Source of the DNA: Synechocystis sp. PCC 6803 substr. PCC-P
GTDB taxonomy: Bacteria; Cyanobacteriota; Cyanobacteriia; Cyanobacteriales; Microcystaceae
Assembly: GCF_000284455.1 (NCBI RefSeq)
Contig: NC_017039.1
Coordinates: 1,680,001 to 1,712,000 of the forward strand
Direction of reading: 5' to 3'
DNA: 32,000 nt
A model generated the notes under the pieces. The model was not told where the DNA came from. It searched no databases and was given only the letters and a program-made list of their open reading frames with translations. Positions 17,839 through 26,278 of the stretch are shown in pieces. Each line of letters opens with the position of its first letter. Within the stretch, counting starts at the first letter, position 1. The translations under genes and the position numbers were made by a program.

Positions 17839-19008
17839 GTGAATCTTGGCCAATGGGGGGAAATTATGTCCTGGTTATGTTTATTGCCCATATCCGGGGG
17901 CATTGTATATAACCTGCTGACCGTGTTTACCACTAGCCTTTTTCTGGCAAGGTCTCTACCCAAGCAAGATTTCCAACCAGGGGTGTCAGTGCTGAAGCCA
18001 GTGCGGGGCTTGGAAAAAAACCTAGAAGCCAACTTACGCACCATTGCCCAGCAGAATTATCCCGCCTATGAAGTAATCTACTGTGTGCAAGATCCCCAGG
18101 ATCCGGCGTTGCCCATAGTCAAAAAGCTTCAAGCGGAGTTTGGCCCAGAAAAAATTATTGTGGCGGTGCATCAAATCGAACAGGGAGCCAACGGTAAGGT
18201 TAATAATCTCCTAGGGGGATTAAAACATGCTAAATACGACATTTTGGTGATAAGCGACAGTGACACCAATCTGCGCCCCGATTACTTGGCCACCATGGTC
18301 AGTCCCTTGGGCGATCGCCTGGTGGGCTGTGTCACCACCCCTTTCAAGTTGACCCAAGCCCAAACATGGTACGAAGGTTTAGAATTGCTGAGCATCAATG
18401 CTGACTTCATGCCCAGTGTTCTGTTTGCGGAGGTAACTGGAGCATCCAAAGCTTGTTTAGGTCCTTCCATTGCCATTCGGCGATCGACTTTAACGGAAAT
18501 TGGCGGCCTAGAAAGTTTAGCAGACTACTTGGTGGAGGATTTTGAACTGGGGCAGCGGGTTTGGACGGGGGGGTTAAAGATGGTTTTACTGCCCTATGTC
18601 ATCGACGCAGGGGTGAATTTGGATAATTGGACTAATTGGTGGAGCCATCAACTTTATTGGGATCAAAATACTTACCTGGCTCGCCCCTTGCCTTTTTTAG
18701 CCACCATCATTATTCGGGCAGTGCCCTTCGCCTTTTTGTTTACCTTTTGTCATTGGTCTGAGCCTTGGGCCTGGCTAATTCTGTTCATAACCCTAGCTAC
18801 CCGTTATGGGACAGCGGCCATAGTTGCCCAGGAACTAAAAGATGGGGAAACTATCCGCTATTTACCTTTATTACTATTGCGGGACTGCTTTGGCTTGGTT
18901 TTTTGGGCCCTATCTTTTTCCCAACGACAAGTCCTGTGGCGGGGCATAACCTATCGTCTTACCAAGGGGGGCAAAATGATACCGGCTTCCCCTATCCCTA
19001 AAAGTTAA
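17839..19008 (+). CDS. cruG: Family 2 glycosyltransferase, CruG-like (carotenoid 2'-O-glycosyltransferase)
   Basis: 'VSVLKPVRGLEKNLEANLRTIAQQNYPAYEVIYCVQDPQDPALPIV', 'DILVISDSDTNLRPDYL' and C-terminal TM helices match ceramide-glucosyltransferase-like GT2; proximity to cruF supports the CruG assignment. Confidence 0.8.
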   Translation: MNLGQWGEIMSWLCLLPISGGIVYNLLTVFTTSLFLARSLPKQDFQPGVSVLKPVRGLEKNLEANLRTIAQQNYPAYEVIYCVQDPQDPALPIVKKLQAEFGPEKIIVAVHQIEQGANGKVNNLLGGLKHAKYDILVISDSDTNLRPDYLATMVSPLGDRLVGCVTTPFKLTQAQTWYEGLELLSINADFMPSVLFAEVTGASKACLGPSIAIRRSTLTEIGGLESLADYLVEDFELGQRVWTGGLKMVLLPYVIDAGVNLDNWTNWWSHQLYWDQNTYLARPLPFLATIIIRAVPFAFLFTFCHWSEPWAWLILFITLATRYGTAAIVAQELKDGETIRYLPLLLLRDCFGLVFWALSFSQRQVLWRGITYRLTKGGKMIPASPIPKS

Positions 19009-19459
19009 AGCGGGATGATTTAAGTCGGTGTTGATTGGCATTAGTCTTTGTATATTGGCTAACGGAGGGATTTCCCTTGGGATCAGTTACCCCGGTGGCG
19101 GTTTCCCACAGACTACGGGGAGCAGGGGTAACCATGTAAATACTGTCCTGCTTGCGAACGTAGTACCATCGCTTGCTTTGGCATTCCGGACACCAAAATT
19201 CTTCTAGCCATTCCCCGGTAAGGCTGACGGTGGGGCGATCGCCAAGGACAAGACTCGCTTTTTTGTGGGTGTAGCCCCGGCTCCGCAGTTGGGCAATTTG
19301 GTCAGCGTAGAGTCCATGTTTTTGGCTGACGCTATCTAGGTAACAACCGTGGATAGGGCAATGGATGGGGCGACGTTTGGGTCTTTTACGATGGCGGGAG
19401 CGTTTAGGAGGTTTAGTTGTTAGAGAGGTAACATTAGGAGAAAATTCTGGGGAACCCAT
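18998..19459 (-). CDS. Hypothetical protein with Cys motifs (zinc-ribbon-like)
   Basis: 'CPIHGC' and 'EEFWCPECQSKRWYYVRKQDSIYMV'; 3' end overlaps cruG by 11 bp convergently. Confidence 0.65.
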   Translation of the reverse strand: MGSPEFSPNVTSLTTKPPKRSRHRKRPKRRPIHCPIHGCYLDSVSQKHGLYADQIAQLRSRGYTHKKASLVLGDRPTVSLTGEWLEEFWCPECQSKRWYYVRKQDSIYMVTPAPRSLWETATGVTDPKGNPSVSQYTKTNANQHRLKSSRFNF

Positions 19460-19920
19460 AGATGCACGACTGTCTAAAAAAATAGAGGTCTGGTCAGAGC
19501 TGCAGTTTACTTTTTCTGTTCAGCCGGACTCTATCATAATCACTGACATTTTGATTGTGTTTATCAGCCCATTGAGCAAAATGCTGGGCAGGAAGGACCC
19601 TTGCTCGCTGACCAATTTACTGGGACAAGCCAGTGGCTGGTGTGCCTTGCGCCCTAGCTTCAATTTTTGATACAGTGATCGGACTGATATAGCAAAAAAT
19701 AGCGAAAACCAAGCTAGACACGTACAAAATATTCTTTTGTGACCGTGGTTTTGCCCTTCGGAACGAGGGTTTTCCGCCCGTCTTCAGAATGTGAGGCCCA
19801 TTATTCTTCCGAATAACAATCATTTCTGTAGATAATAAATTCCTTCCTTGCTTTAGCAGGCAAGATTGGTTCACAATTTGATTGGGCCATTGCCCCATTA
19901 CCCTAACCCCCGCCAGGATT

Positions 19921-20163
19921 ATGGAAGATTTATTAGGTTTGCTACTTTCTGAAACCGGTTTATTGGCGATAATTTATCTAGGCCTAAGCCTAGCCTATCT
20001 ATTGGTTTTTCCAGCCCTTTTGTATTGGTATTTGCAAAAGCGTTGGTACGTGGCTAGTTCCGTCGAAAGACTAGTCATGTATTTTTTGGTCTTTCTCTTC
20101 TTCCCTGGGTTACTAGTGCTCAGTCCGGTGCTGAATCTACGACCCCGCCGCCAGGCTGCCTAG
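19921..20163 (+). CDS. ndhL: NAD(P)H-quinone oxidoreductase subunit L (NdhL)
   Basis: '[78 protein letters not shown]' matches NdhL; start adjusted to ATG at 19921. Confidence 0.9.
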   Translation: MEDLLGLLLSETGLLAIIYLGLSLAYLLVFPALLYWYLQKRWYVASSVERLVMYFLVFLFFPGLLVLSPVLNLRPRRQAA

Positions 20164-20270
20164 ATTTTGCTTTTGTTTAGTCTCTAACTGAGTCGGCTGT
20201 TACTCCAGACCCAGTTGCCGTGTTTTTTTGTTGCCCATTGTTCCCATTTGTCATCCCAGGAAAAACCACC

Positions 20271-20585
20271 ATGCGACGCATTGATGCTTTGGCCATTGCC
20301 CTGGGTTTTTTCCTTTTGGGCGGAGTAGTTTACGCCGGATTGCAGGGTTTTGGCATCGAAGCTCAGCAGGCTGGCATTTGGACCCAAGCGGTGCTAGTGG
20401 GGGGCCTAATCATTTGGCTCCTTTCCTATGTCACTAGGGTATTTACCCACGACATGACCTATCACCAACAGATTAAAGAGTATGAAGATAAAATGATCGA
20501 ACTCCGCTGGGCGAATATGACCCCAGAGGAACGGGAAAAACTCCAGGCCGAAGTGGTGGAAGAAAAGGATACATCCAGTACCTAA
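20271..20585 (+). CDS. DUF3007-family small membrane protein
   Basis: 'MRRIDALAIALGFFLLGGVVYAGLQGFGIEAQQAGIWTQAVLVGGLIIWLLSYVTRVFTHDMTYHQQIKEYEDKM', commonly found next to ndhL. Confidence 0.8.
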   Translation: MRRIDALAIALGFFLLGGVVYAGLQGFGIEAQQAGIWTQAVLVGGLIIWLLSYVTRVFTHDMTYHQQIKEYEDKMIELRWANMTPEEREKLQAEVVEEKDTSST

Positions 20586-20642
20586 AAGACTTTCCTGTCC
20601 ATTGTTGTCTTGCTGGCTGAATAGTGTTTGTCGATTTTTGCC

Positions 20643-21146
20643 ATGGTTATACAGCCCATTTACTTACCCCATCTCCTCAAACAGCCCCGCTGTACCCAGG
20701 TCCTGGCCATTGATCAGGCGATCGCCGACTTGAAGACCCTAACGCCGGTGCGCGGGGAAGTGTCTGTGCGCCATGGGGGAACCTTTTTGGAAGTGAAAGC
20801 CGAAGCGGAAACCATTGTTACCCTCCACTGTGACCGTTGTGCCCAAAGCTATAACCAACGGCTAGCATTAGATACCAAGGAAATACTCTGGTTGGATAAC
20901 CAAGGGGAAAATACGATCCCAGTCTTGGAACGGGAACTAAGTTGGGATGACTTGTCGGAAGTGTTGCCCCCCGATGGTCACTTTGATGTGGAAACCTGGT
21001 TATATGAGCAATTTAATTTAGCTCTGCCCCTGAAAAACTTATGTGGTAAAGATTGCCAAGCTCCCCAGGTGCCGGATGATGGCACAGGCAATGGCTTTGA
21101 TCGTCGTTGGGCCGCCCTGGCAGATTTGAAACAGCAATGGAATTAA
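20643..21146 (+). CDS. YceD/DUF177 family protein
   Basis: 'VSVRHGGTFLEVKAEAETIVTLHCDRCAQSYNQRLALDTKEILWL' and 'LCGKDCQAPQVPDDG' are characteristic of the YceD family. Confidence 0.85.
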   Translation: MVIQPIYLPHLLKQPRCTQVLAIDQAIADLKTLTPVRGEVSVRHGGTFLEVKAEAETIVTLHCDRCAQSYNQRLALDTKEILWLDNQGENTIPVLERELSWDDLSEVLPPDGHFDVETWLYEQFNLALPLKNLCGKDCQAPQVPDDGTGNGFDRRWAALADLKQQWN

Positions 21147-21148
21147 AA

Positions 21149-21319
21149 TCAACCAACATTGGGATATTCATCCAGCAGTTGTTGATAGGGCTTCCAGTTA
21201 TCAGTACAGTGCACCGTCACTTTGCACTTTGTCAGTTGCTCTAGCAAACGACCCTGGGTGCCATCATGATTTCCCAGTTCCCAGTCGATGAATCTCCCAA
21301 TGAGGCGGTGACAAATCCA
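21149..21319 (-). pseudogene. C-terminal fragment of an IS1-like family transposase
   Basis: Hand translation of the minus strand: WICHRLIGRFIDWELGNHDGTQGRLLEQLTKCKVTVHCTDNWKPYQQLLDEYPNVG*. The segments 'FIDWELG' and 'TVHCTDNWKPY' resemble the IS1 transposase core. No N-terminal half and no start. Confidence 0.6.
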
Positions 21320-21321
21320 TT

Positions 21322-22385
21322 CAGGACTTACGCAAAAGAAAACTTAAGAGCAGGGGAACGAAGCTGTTGACGCAGGAAATCAGACCATGGTTGATGAGAT
21401 ATTTCGTAGACTGTCAATGGGCTATTAACCGCTTGACGACGAAGAAAATTCCAGACCTGTAAGGCACAGTGAATATGATTACGTTGAATGCGTCCCTTGG
21501 GACATTGACAGGCTTCTACACCAGTCAACTGCTTTAGTTCGCGATGAAAATGCTCAATCTTCCAGCGCATTCGACACTCCTCTCGTGTCGCCTGAGTCGA
21601 ATCTTGAGATAAGTCATTAGTCACGACGAATTCCGTCCGGTGTGGTGACACCGTAACTCGGAACAGTTGCACTTTTTTGTGAGCCGGAAAGCCTCAAATT
21701 TTAATCACTTTTCCTTGCTGTATTTCGGATGCATCCCATAGCAGTGCATCTACCCGTTGGTATGGAGAAGTGATGCCACTATCGTCCACCAATCGGTTCC
21801 GTTTCAGCGGGCAGTAGTAAATCTTGTTTAATGTGTCATCAATAAAAGCCATCAGCTTTTTAGTTGCGTACCAACTATCCATCAGTACAGTGGCGAACAT
21901 CAGATTCTTGCTATGTGTCACTTGACTGAGCATTTCCTTGACATGCTCTAGCTTACTGTAACTATCCATCCATTTGCCATATAGACGATAGTCGATCGCC
22001 CAGTACTGATTCACCTCTGGATTGACATAAACACAACTGACCAGACCAATACCTTTGACTAGTCCTCGGGCATTGCCACTATACTGCCACTGACTGCATT
22101 CGATTTTTTTACTATAGCTTTTGTCTAACACCGTATCGTCAAAGACAACATAAGCTTTTGGTGATTCGATTAGCTCTAGACGTACTTGTTCCCATAGCAA
22201 ACGAGGAGTCAGTTTTACTCCCTGTAGGTAACGTTTAATTCGGTTATGGCTCACGCCATCGAGATGCTTGGCAAGGTTTGTTAGGGTGTAGTTAATTGGG
22301 CTGCTCAGTAAATACTGACAGTAATCTAAACGAGTGAAAAAAGTTATCCTACCACCTTAACCTCATCTATCTTGCGTAAGTCCTG
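21322..22385 (-). mobile_element. IS701/IS4-superfamily-like insertion sequence, 1064 bp
   Basis: Perfect 14-bp terminal inverted repeats caggacttacgcaa (21322-21335) and ttgcgtaagtcctg (22372-22385), enclosing a DDE transposase reading frame that fills the element. Confidence 0.9.
21328..22347 (-). pseudogene. DDE transposase (IS701/IS4-like) interrupted by an in-frame TGA
   Basis: Continuous frame: upstream extension 'ITFFTRLDYCQYLLSSPINYTLTNLAKHLDG' + 'VSHNRIKRYLQG...YVVFDDTVLDKSY...TVLMDSWYATKK...GKVIKI' * (TGA at 21694-21696) + 'GFPAHKKVQLFRVTVSPHRTEFVV...CRMRWKIEHFHRELKQLTGVEACQC...'. The two track ORFs are in the same frame; the expected ATG position appears to be ATA (22345-22347). 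Confidence 0.85.
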
Positions 22386-22453
22386 TCAATGTTATTCACA
22401 ACTTTATTCACAACGAGCAGGAAGTCCAGCCAAAATTAGCTTCAGTATTTTTT

Positions 22454-23200
22454 CTATTTTTCCTTCACCATGGCCCACTCTTGGGGCGTTAGGGGTTCCC
22501 ACCGTAAGTGGGATTGAAAGTGCTGTTGGGCTGCAGTCGTTAAAACCTTTAAAACCTGGGGCAGACTGGGATCATTGGTCAACTCTGCCATGGTTTTTTG
22601 CCAAGGAGCCGGTTGGTTAAAAACAAGCTCAAACAAATGGCGATCGCCATGCCAGATCATTTCCCCGTGTTGCAGAAGGGCGTTGGAAGTTTGCCGTTGG
22701 GCACTGCCAATTAATTTGTCCCCGGTGGGGCTGACTAAATCCGCCATCGTAGCGGTGCTGAAGCAACTGGCATTGTGGATATAACCCCTTCCTCCCCGGC
22801 CATAGGTTAAGGACAGTCCTAACTGGTCCCAACCTTGGATGAGAAATTGGCAAATGTGCTGATAAATTTCCCGCCGCTTTCCTCCGGTGGCCCCGGTGAC
22901 CACAGCATAGGTTAGCCCCCCTTGGTGCAACACTGCCCGCCCACCACTGGGCCTCGTTACCAACCCAAGCGATTGCCCCTGCCAAGTTAATTGCCGCCAA
23001 TGGTCTGGCCAGGATTTTTGCAAATAACCTAGGGAAATGGTGGGCCTAGACCAACCGTAGAATCGCAATACCGATCGCCCGGTGCGGGGAAAATAATCTT
23101 CCAATAACCATTGATCCAAGGCCATTTGTAAATTACCGGGAGCTTGGATGTAGGGCAATAAACGCCAGGGGGAAGACTGAGCAGGGGGAAGGGTAGCCAA
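22454..23200 (-). CDS. Lipoate-protein ligase A / octanoyltransferase (BPL_LPL) family protein
   Basis: 'LRFYGWSRPTISLGYLQKSWP', 'LVTRPSGGRAVLHQGGLTYAVV' and 'LTKVLTTAAQQ' match the LplA/LipM catalytic domain including the RxSGGRAVxH motif. Confidence 0.88.
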   Translation of the reverse strand: MATLPPAQSSPWRLLPYIQAPGNLQMALDQWLLEDYFPRTGRSVLRFYGWSRPTISLGYLQKSWPDHWRQLTWQGQSLGLVTRPSGGRAVLHQGGLTYAVVTGATGGKRREIYQHICQFLIQGWDQLGLSLTYGRGGRGYIHNASCFSTATMADLVSPTGDKLIGSAQRQTSNALLQHGEMIWHGDRHLFELVFNQPAPWQKTMAELTNDPSLPQVLKVLTTAAQQHFQSHLRWEPLTPQEWAMVKEK

Positions 23201-23265
23201 CGGGAAAGTTCTCCTGACAAAAGTCTAGGCAAAATATGTTAGTCTTAAAAACGCTAGGACAACAC

Positions 23266-23336
23266 GCGGGTGTAGTTTAGTGGTAAAACCTTAGCCTTCC
23301 AAGCTAATGATAGGGGTTCGATTCCCCTCACCCGCT
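23266..23336 (+). tRNA. tRNA-Gly(UCC)
   Basis: Cloverleaf folded by hand: acceptor gcgggtg/cacccgc, D stem gttt/aaac, anticodon stem ttagc/gctaa around loop cttccaa (anticodon TCC), T stem agggg/cccct around ttcgatt, discriminator T; 71 nt. Confidence 0.97.
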
Positions 23337-23402
23337 TTGGGTAATGGGTACAGCGGTCTCCGAAACTCGATAATTTTGATTGATAATTTCTGATCGTCCC
23401 TG

Positions 23403-24827
23403 ATGTCCGTTGCGACACCCCTCCTCGACCGTCATCCATGCTCCCTCGATAATTCCTCGGTTCTGCACGGTTATCTGGTGGAACAGCAGAGGGGACTTGC
23501 TTCTGGCCAACGGTTCCTGTGGAGCTTTACGGAGAACTTGGGCAAGGTTGATCCCCTGGCGGTATTTGGGGCGCTCAATGTCCAAGATAAGGTGCATTTT
23601 TACGGCGAAAATCCCCAGCGAGGGGAAACCATACTGGCTTTTGGTATTTGCCAGTCCCTGAGGATTTCTGGCAAGTATCGCTTCAGTTTAGCCCAACAAT
23701 TTGCAGAGGAATGTTTCCAGCGCTTAGTGCCCATTGGTAATGTCCAGGGCAGAAGTCAACGCCCCTATATTTTTTGTGGCTTTAGTTTTTTTGACCGCCC
23801 CTCCAACCGCAATCCTTTTGCTAATTCTTTTTTGTTTTTACCCCAAATCCAAGTGGTGAAAACGTCCCAGCATTGCTTATTAAGCTGGCAAATTAGTTTA
23901 GATGGCAACACCAATGTCACCGATTTGGTGGATTTTATCGGTCGAATGCTCAGCGCTATCCGTCGGGCCCAACCTGCTAGGGATACCCATACTCCCTCCA
24001 TGGTTGTAAAAGCTCCCCGATTGACGGGAATAGAGGTGGCCAAGCTTTCCAAGGCGATCGCCTCTAGCTTGGAGGAAATTGCCCAGCAAAGATTGAGCAA
24101 GGTAGTGCTGGCAACGGCGTTGGATTTGGACTATGGTTCTCGACTCAATGTGGCCCATTGTTTGCAACGACTGCGGCAACAGTATGGAGATTGCTATTTA
24201 TTCTCCTGGGGCAATGGCCAGGGGGATTGTTTTGTGGGGGCTAGCCCAGAAAGATTACTTAGTTTGCATAATCAACAGCTGGTCACCGATGCCCTAGCAG
24301 GTTCGGCTCCTAGGGATGTCGATGTCCAGGGCGATCGCCAATTGGGGCAAGAGTTATTGCACAATCCCAAGGAATTGCGGGAACATCAAGCGGTGTTGGA
24401 TTACCTCCTCCAGCGTCTCCGGGCATTGGGCCTAAGCCCCCAGGCTTCCTCCTTGAAGTTGCTTAAATTGGCCAATATTCAGCACCTCTGGACCCAAATT
24501 CAAGCCCCTCTGCCGCCCCACATCCATCCCCTGGCCCTGGTGCAACAACTCCATCCCACCCCCGCTGTGGCCGGTGTCCCCGTAGCGATCGCCGAAGATT
24601 TAATCCGTCGCCATGAAACCTTTGACCGCAATCTCTATGCTGCTCCCCTGGGTTGGTTGGACAGTGAAGGTAATGCTGAGTTTATTGTCGGTATTCGTTC
24701 TGCCCTTCTGTCCCGTAATCGAGCCAGACTATACGCCGGGGCGGGCATTGTGGCCGGTTCCGATCCCCTCAAAGAAGTGGCAGAAATTGAGCTCAAACTT
24801 CAAACTCTCTGGCGTTCTTTGATTTAA
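23403..24827 (+). CDS. menF: Isochorismate synthase (MenF/EntC family)
   Basis: Chorismate-binding domain: 'GDCFVGASPERLLSLHNQQLVTDALAGSAPR', 'LHPTPAVAGVP', 'RNLYAAPLGWLDSEGNAEFIVGIRSAL' and 'RLYAGAGIVAGSDPLKEVAEIELKLQT'. Confidence 0.93.
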   Translation: MSVATPLLDRHPCSLDNSSVLHGYLVEQQRGLASGQRFLWSFTENLGKVDPLAVFGALNVQDKVHFYGENPQRGETILAFGICQSLRISGKYRFSLAQQFAEECFQRLVPIGNVQGRSQRPYIFCGFSFFDRPSNRNPFANSFLFLPQIQVVKTSQHCLLSWQISLDGNTNVTDLVDFIGRMLSAIRRAQPARDTHTPSMVVKAPRLTGIEVAKLSKAIASSLEEIAQQRLSKVVLATALDLDYGSRLNVAHCLQRLRQQYGDCYLFSWGNGQGDCFVGASPERLLSLHNQQLVTDALAGSAPRDVDVQGDRQLGQELLHNPKELREHQAVLDYLLQRLRALGLSPQASSLKLLKLANIQHLWTQIQAPLPPHIHPLALVQQLHPTPAVAGVPVAIAEDLIRRHETFDRNLYAAPLGWLDSEGNAEFIVGIRSALLSRNRARLYAGAGIVAGSDPLKEVAEIELKLQTLWRSLI

Positions 24828-24910
24828 CTAATAATCTCGCAACAATGGCGGGGCAAAATAGAATATGGGTAGTCCGCCGTTGCGTTTCAGTCTAAATGGG
24901 GGAAACTGTC

Positions 24911-26251
24911 ATGCGTCTCAATGCTAAAGCAAAGTCATTTTTAACCAAGGAAATTAATCGGGAAGCGGAATCCCTCGGCTTTGAGGTGCAAAAGGATATC
25001 GTCCTCAAACGCTTAAATCAATTAGCCCAGGAAAAAGGTAAACCCCTGGGTAAAGAAGATTTGGCCGAGCAGGTGACGGATATGTTCCCCACCATGGCCG
25101 ACCAAACCCTAACTAAGGCGGCGAAGTTAAATACGGCCCAGCAATGGCGGCTCTGGCTAATGACCGGGGGAGTTATGGGGGCTGGTCTAGTGGGTTTTAT
25201 GGGCTTAATTTGGTTGGTGAATTTGCCCTATCCTATGGTGCGGCGGCCGGTGGCCCGGGTGGCCCCCATGTTGCTACTGCCCAGTTATCTGAACATGGAT
25301 AGAAATTACCGCGAGGCGATCGCCCACGGAGAACAGGCGGATCAGTTGGTGAATAATGCCACCAGCGCGGCGGACATTGAATTGGGGGCGGAAAAAGTGC
25401 GCCTAGCCCAGCAAAATTTAGATCAGTTGCCAGTGTGGTTCCTTGGCTATGAGCCGGTGAAGGTTTGCCAGTTTATGGGAGGTTGTTCCTGGAATTTCAC
25501 CTTTGATGAATTTCAGCGGGCCCGGGCCCAGGTGGGGCGCATGGAAGCCAGGATTTTTCAGGAAAAAAATGCCCTATCGGCCCTGACCACAGCGGAACAA
25601 AACATTCAAACTGCTAGGGCTAGCTATGAACAGGCCACTATCCCAGAACAACGACAAGCGGCGATCAAAAGTTGGCAAGGAGCCATCAATGAATTAACCC
25701 TAATTCCAGAGCAAACCTTAGCCGGGAGTCAAACCACCAATCGTTTACGGAACTATGAACAGGAATTTCAACAGGCCGCAGGCTTAGTGGCTGGTACGAA
25801 TCAAACCCAAACCATGGTGATGGCGGCCCAACAATTTGCCCAACGGGCGGATCAAACCATGGCCCAGGCTCCGTTAACGGCGAATCAATGGCAGGAAGTA
25901 TTGAATTTGTACCAAGAAGCCATCCAAAGACTACAAACGGTGCAACCCCAGGACGCCCAATATTTGTCAGCCCAAACTTTTTTGGCCGAATATACGGAAA
26001 CCCTCGGTAAAATTCGCATCAATTTGGCGGCGGAACAGGGAGCAACGGCTCAATTTGACCAAGCCCAAACTCAAATTCAAAACCTACTCACTAATCTGCC
26101 TGCCAGTAATGATAGTCAGGGTCGTAACCGCATTAAAGGGGAAATTAGCCAGATTATTAGCCAATTGCAAAAGGTACAGCCTGGCACCACCGTTTATGAC
26201 CAGGCTCAGACCCTAATTAACCAAGCCCAAAGTCGGGCCCAGCAGCTTTAA
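24911..26251 (+). CDS. Hypothetical membrane-anchored coiled-coil-rich protein
   Basis: One strong TM segment 'LWLMTGGVMGAGLVGFMGLIWLV' followed by a long Q/A-rich helical region. Track ORF starts at 24896; ATG at 24911 gives 'MRLNAKAKSFL'. Confidence 0.8.
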   Translation: MRLNAKAKSFLTKEINREAESLGFEVQKDIVLKRLNQLAQEKGKPLGKEDLAEQVTDMFPTMADQTLTKAAKLNTAQQWRLWLMTGGVMGAGLVGFMGLIWLVNLPYPMVRRPVARVAPMLLLPSYLNMDRNYREAIAHGEQADQLVNNATSAADIELGAEKVRLAQQNLDQLPVWFLGYEPVKVCQFMGGCSWNFTFDEFQRARAQVGRMEARIFQEKNALSALTTAEQNIQTARASYEQATIPEQRQAAIKSWQGAINELTLIPEQTLAGSQTTNRLRNYEQEFQQAAGLVAGTNQTQTMVMAAQQFAQRADQTMAQAPLTANQWQEVLNLYQEAIQRLQTVQPQDAQYLSAQTFLAEYTETLGKIRINLAAEQGATAQFDQAQTQIQNLLTNLPASNDSQGRNRIKGEISQIISQLQKVQPGTTVYDQAQTLINQAQSRAQQL

Positions 26252-26278
26252 GGGATAATTTTTGGGGATGCAAACTGA

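Noticed and set aside
21673-21696. Programmed frameshift or recoding at the A6 run (cacaaaaaagtg) in the IS701-like transposase
   Set aside because: The two ORFs are in the same frame, so no frameshift is needed; the in-frame TGA accounts for the split. Selenocysteine is not plausible in this context.
22629-23000. 123-aa minus-strand ORF inside the lipoate ligase-like gene
   Set aside because: Alternate frame of the LplA-like coding sequence, low-complexity and Arg/Gly/Pro-rich.
23410-23661. 83-aa plus-strand ORF and nearby antisense ORFs within menF
   Set aside because: Contained within the strongly supported isochorismate synthase gene.
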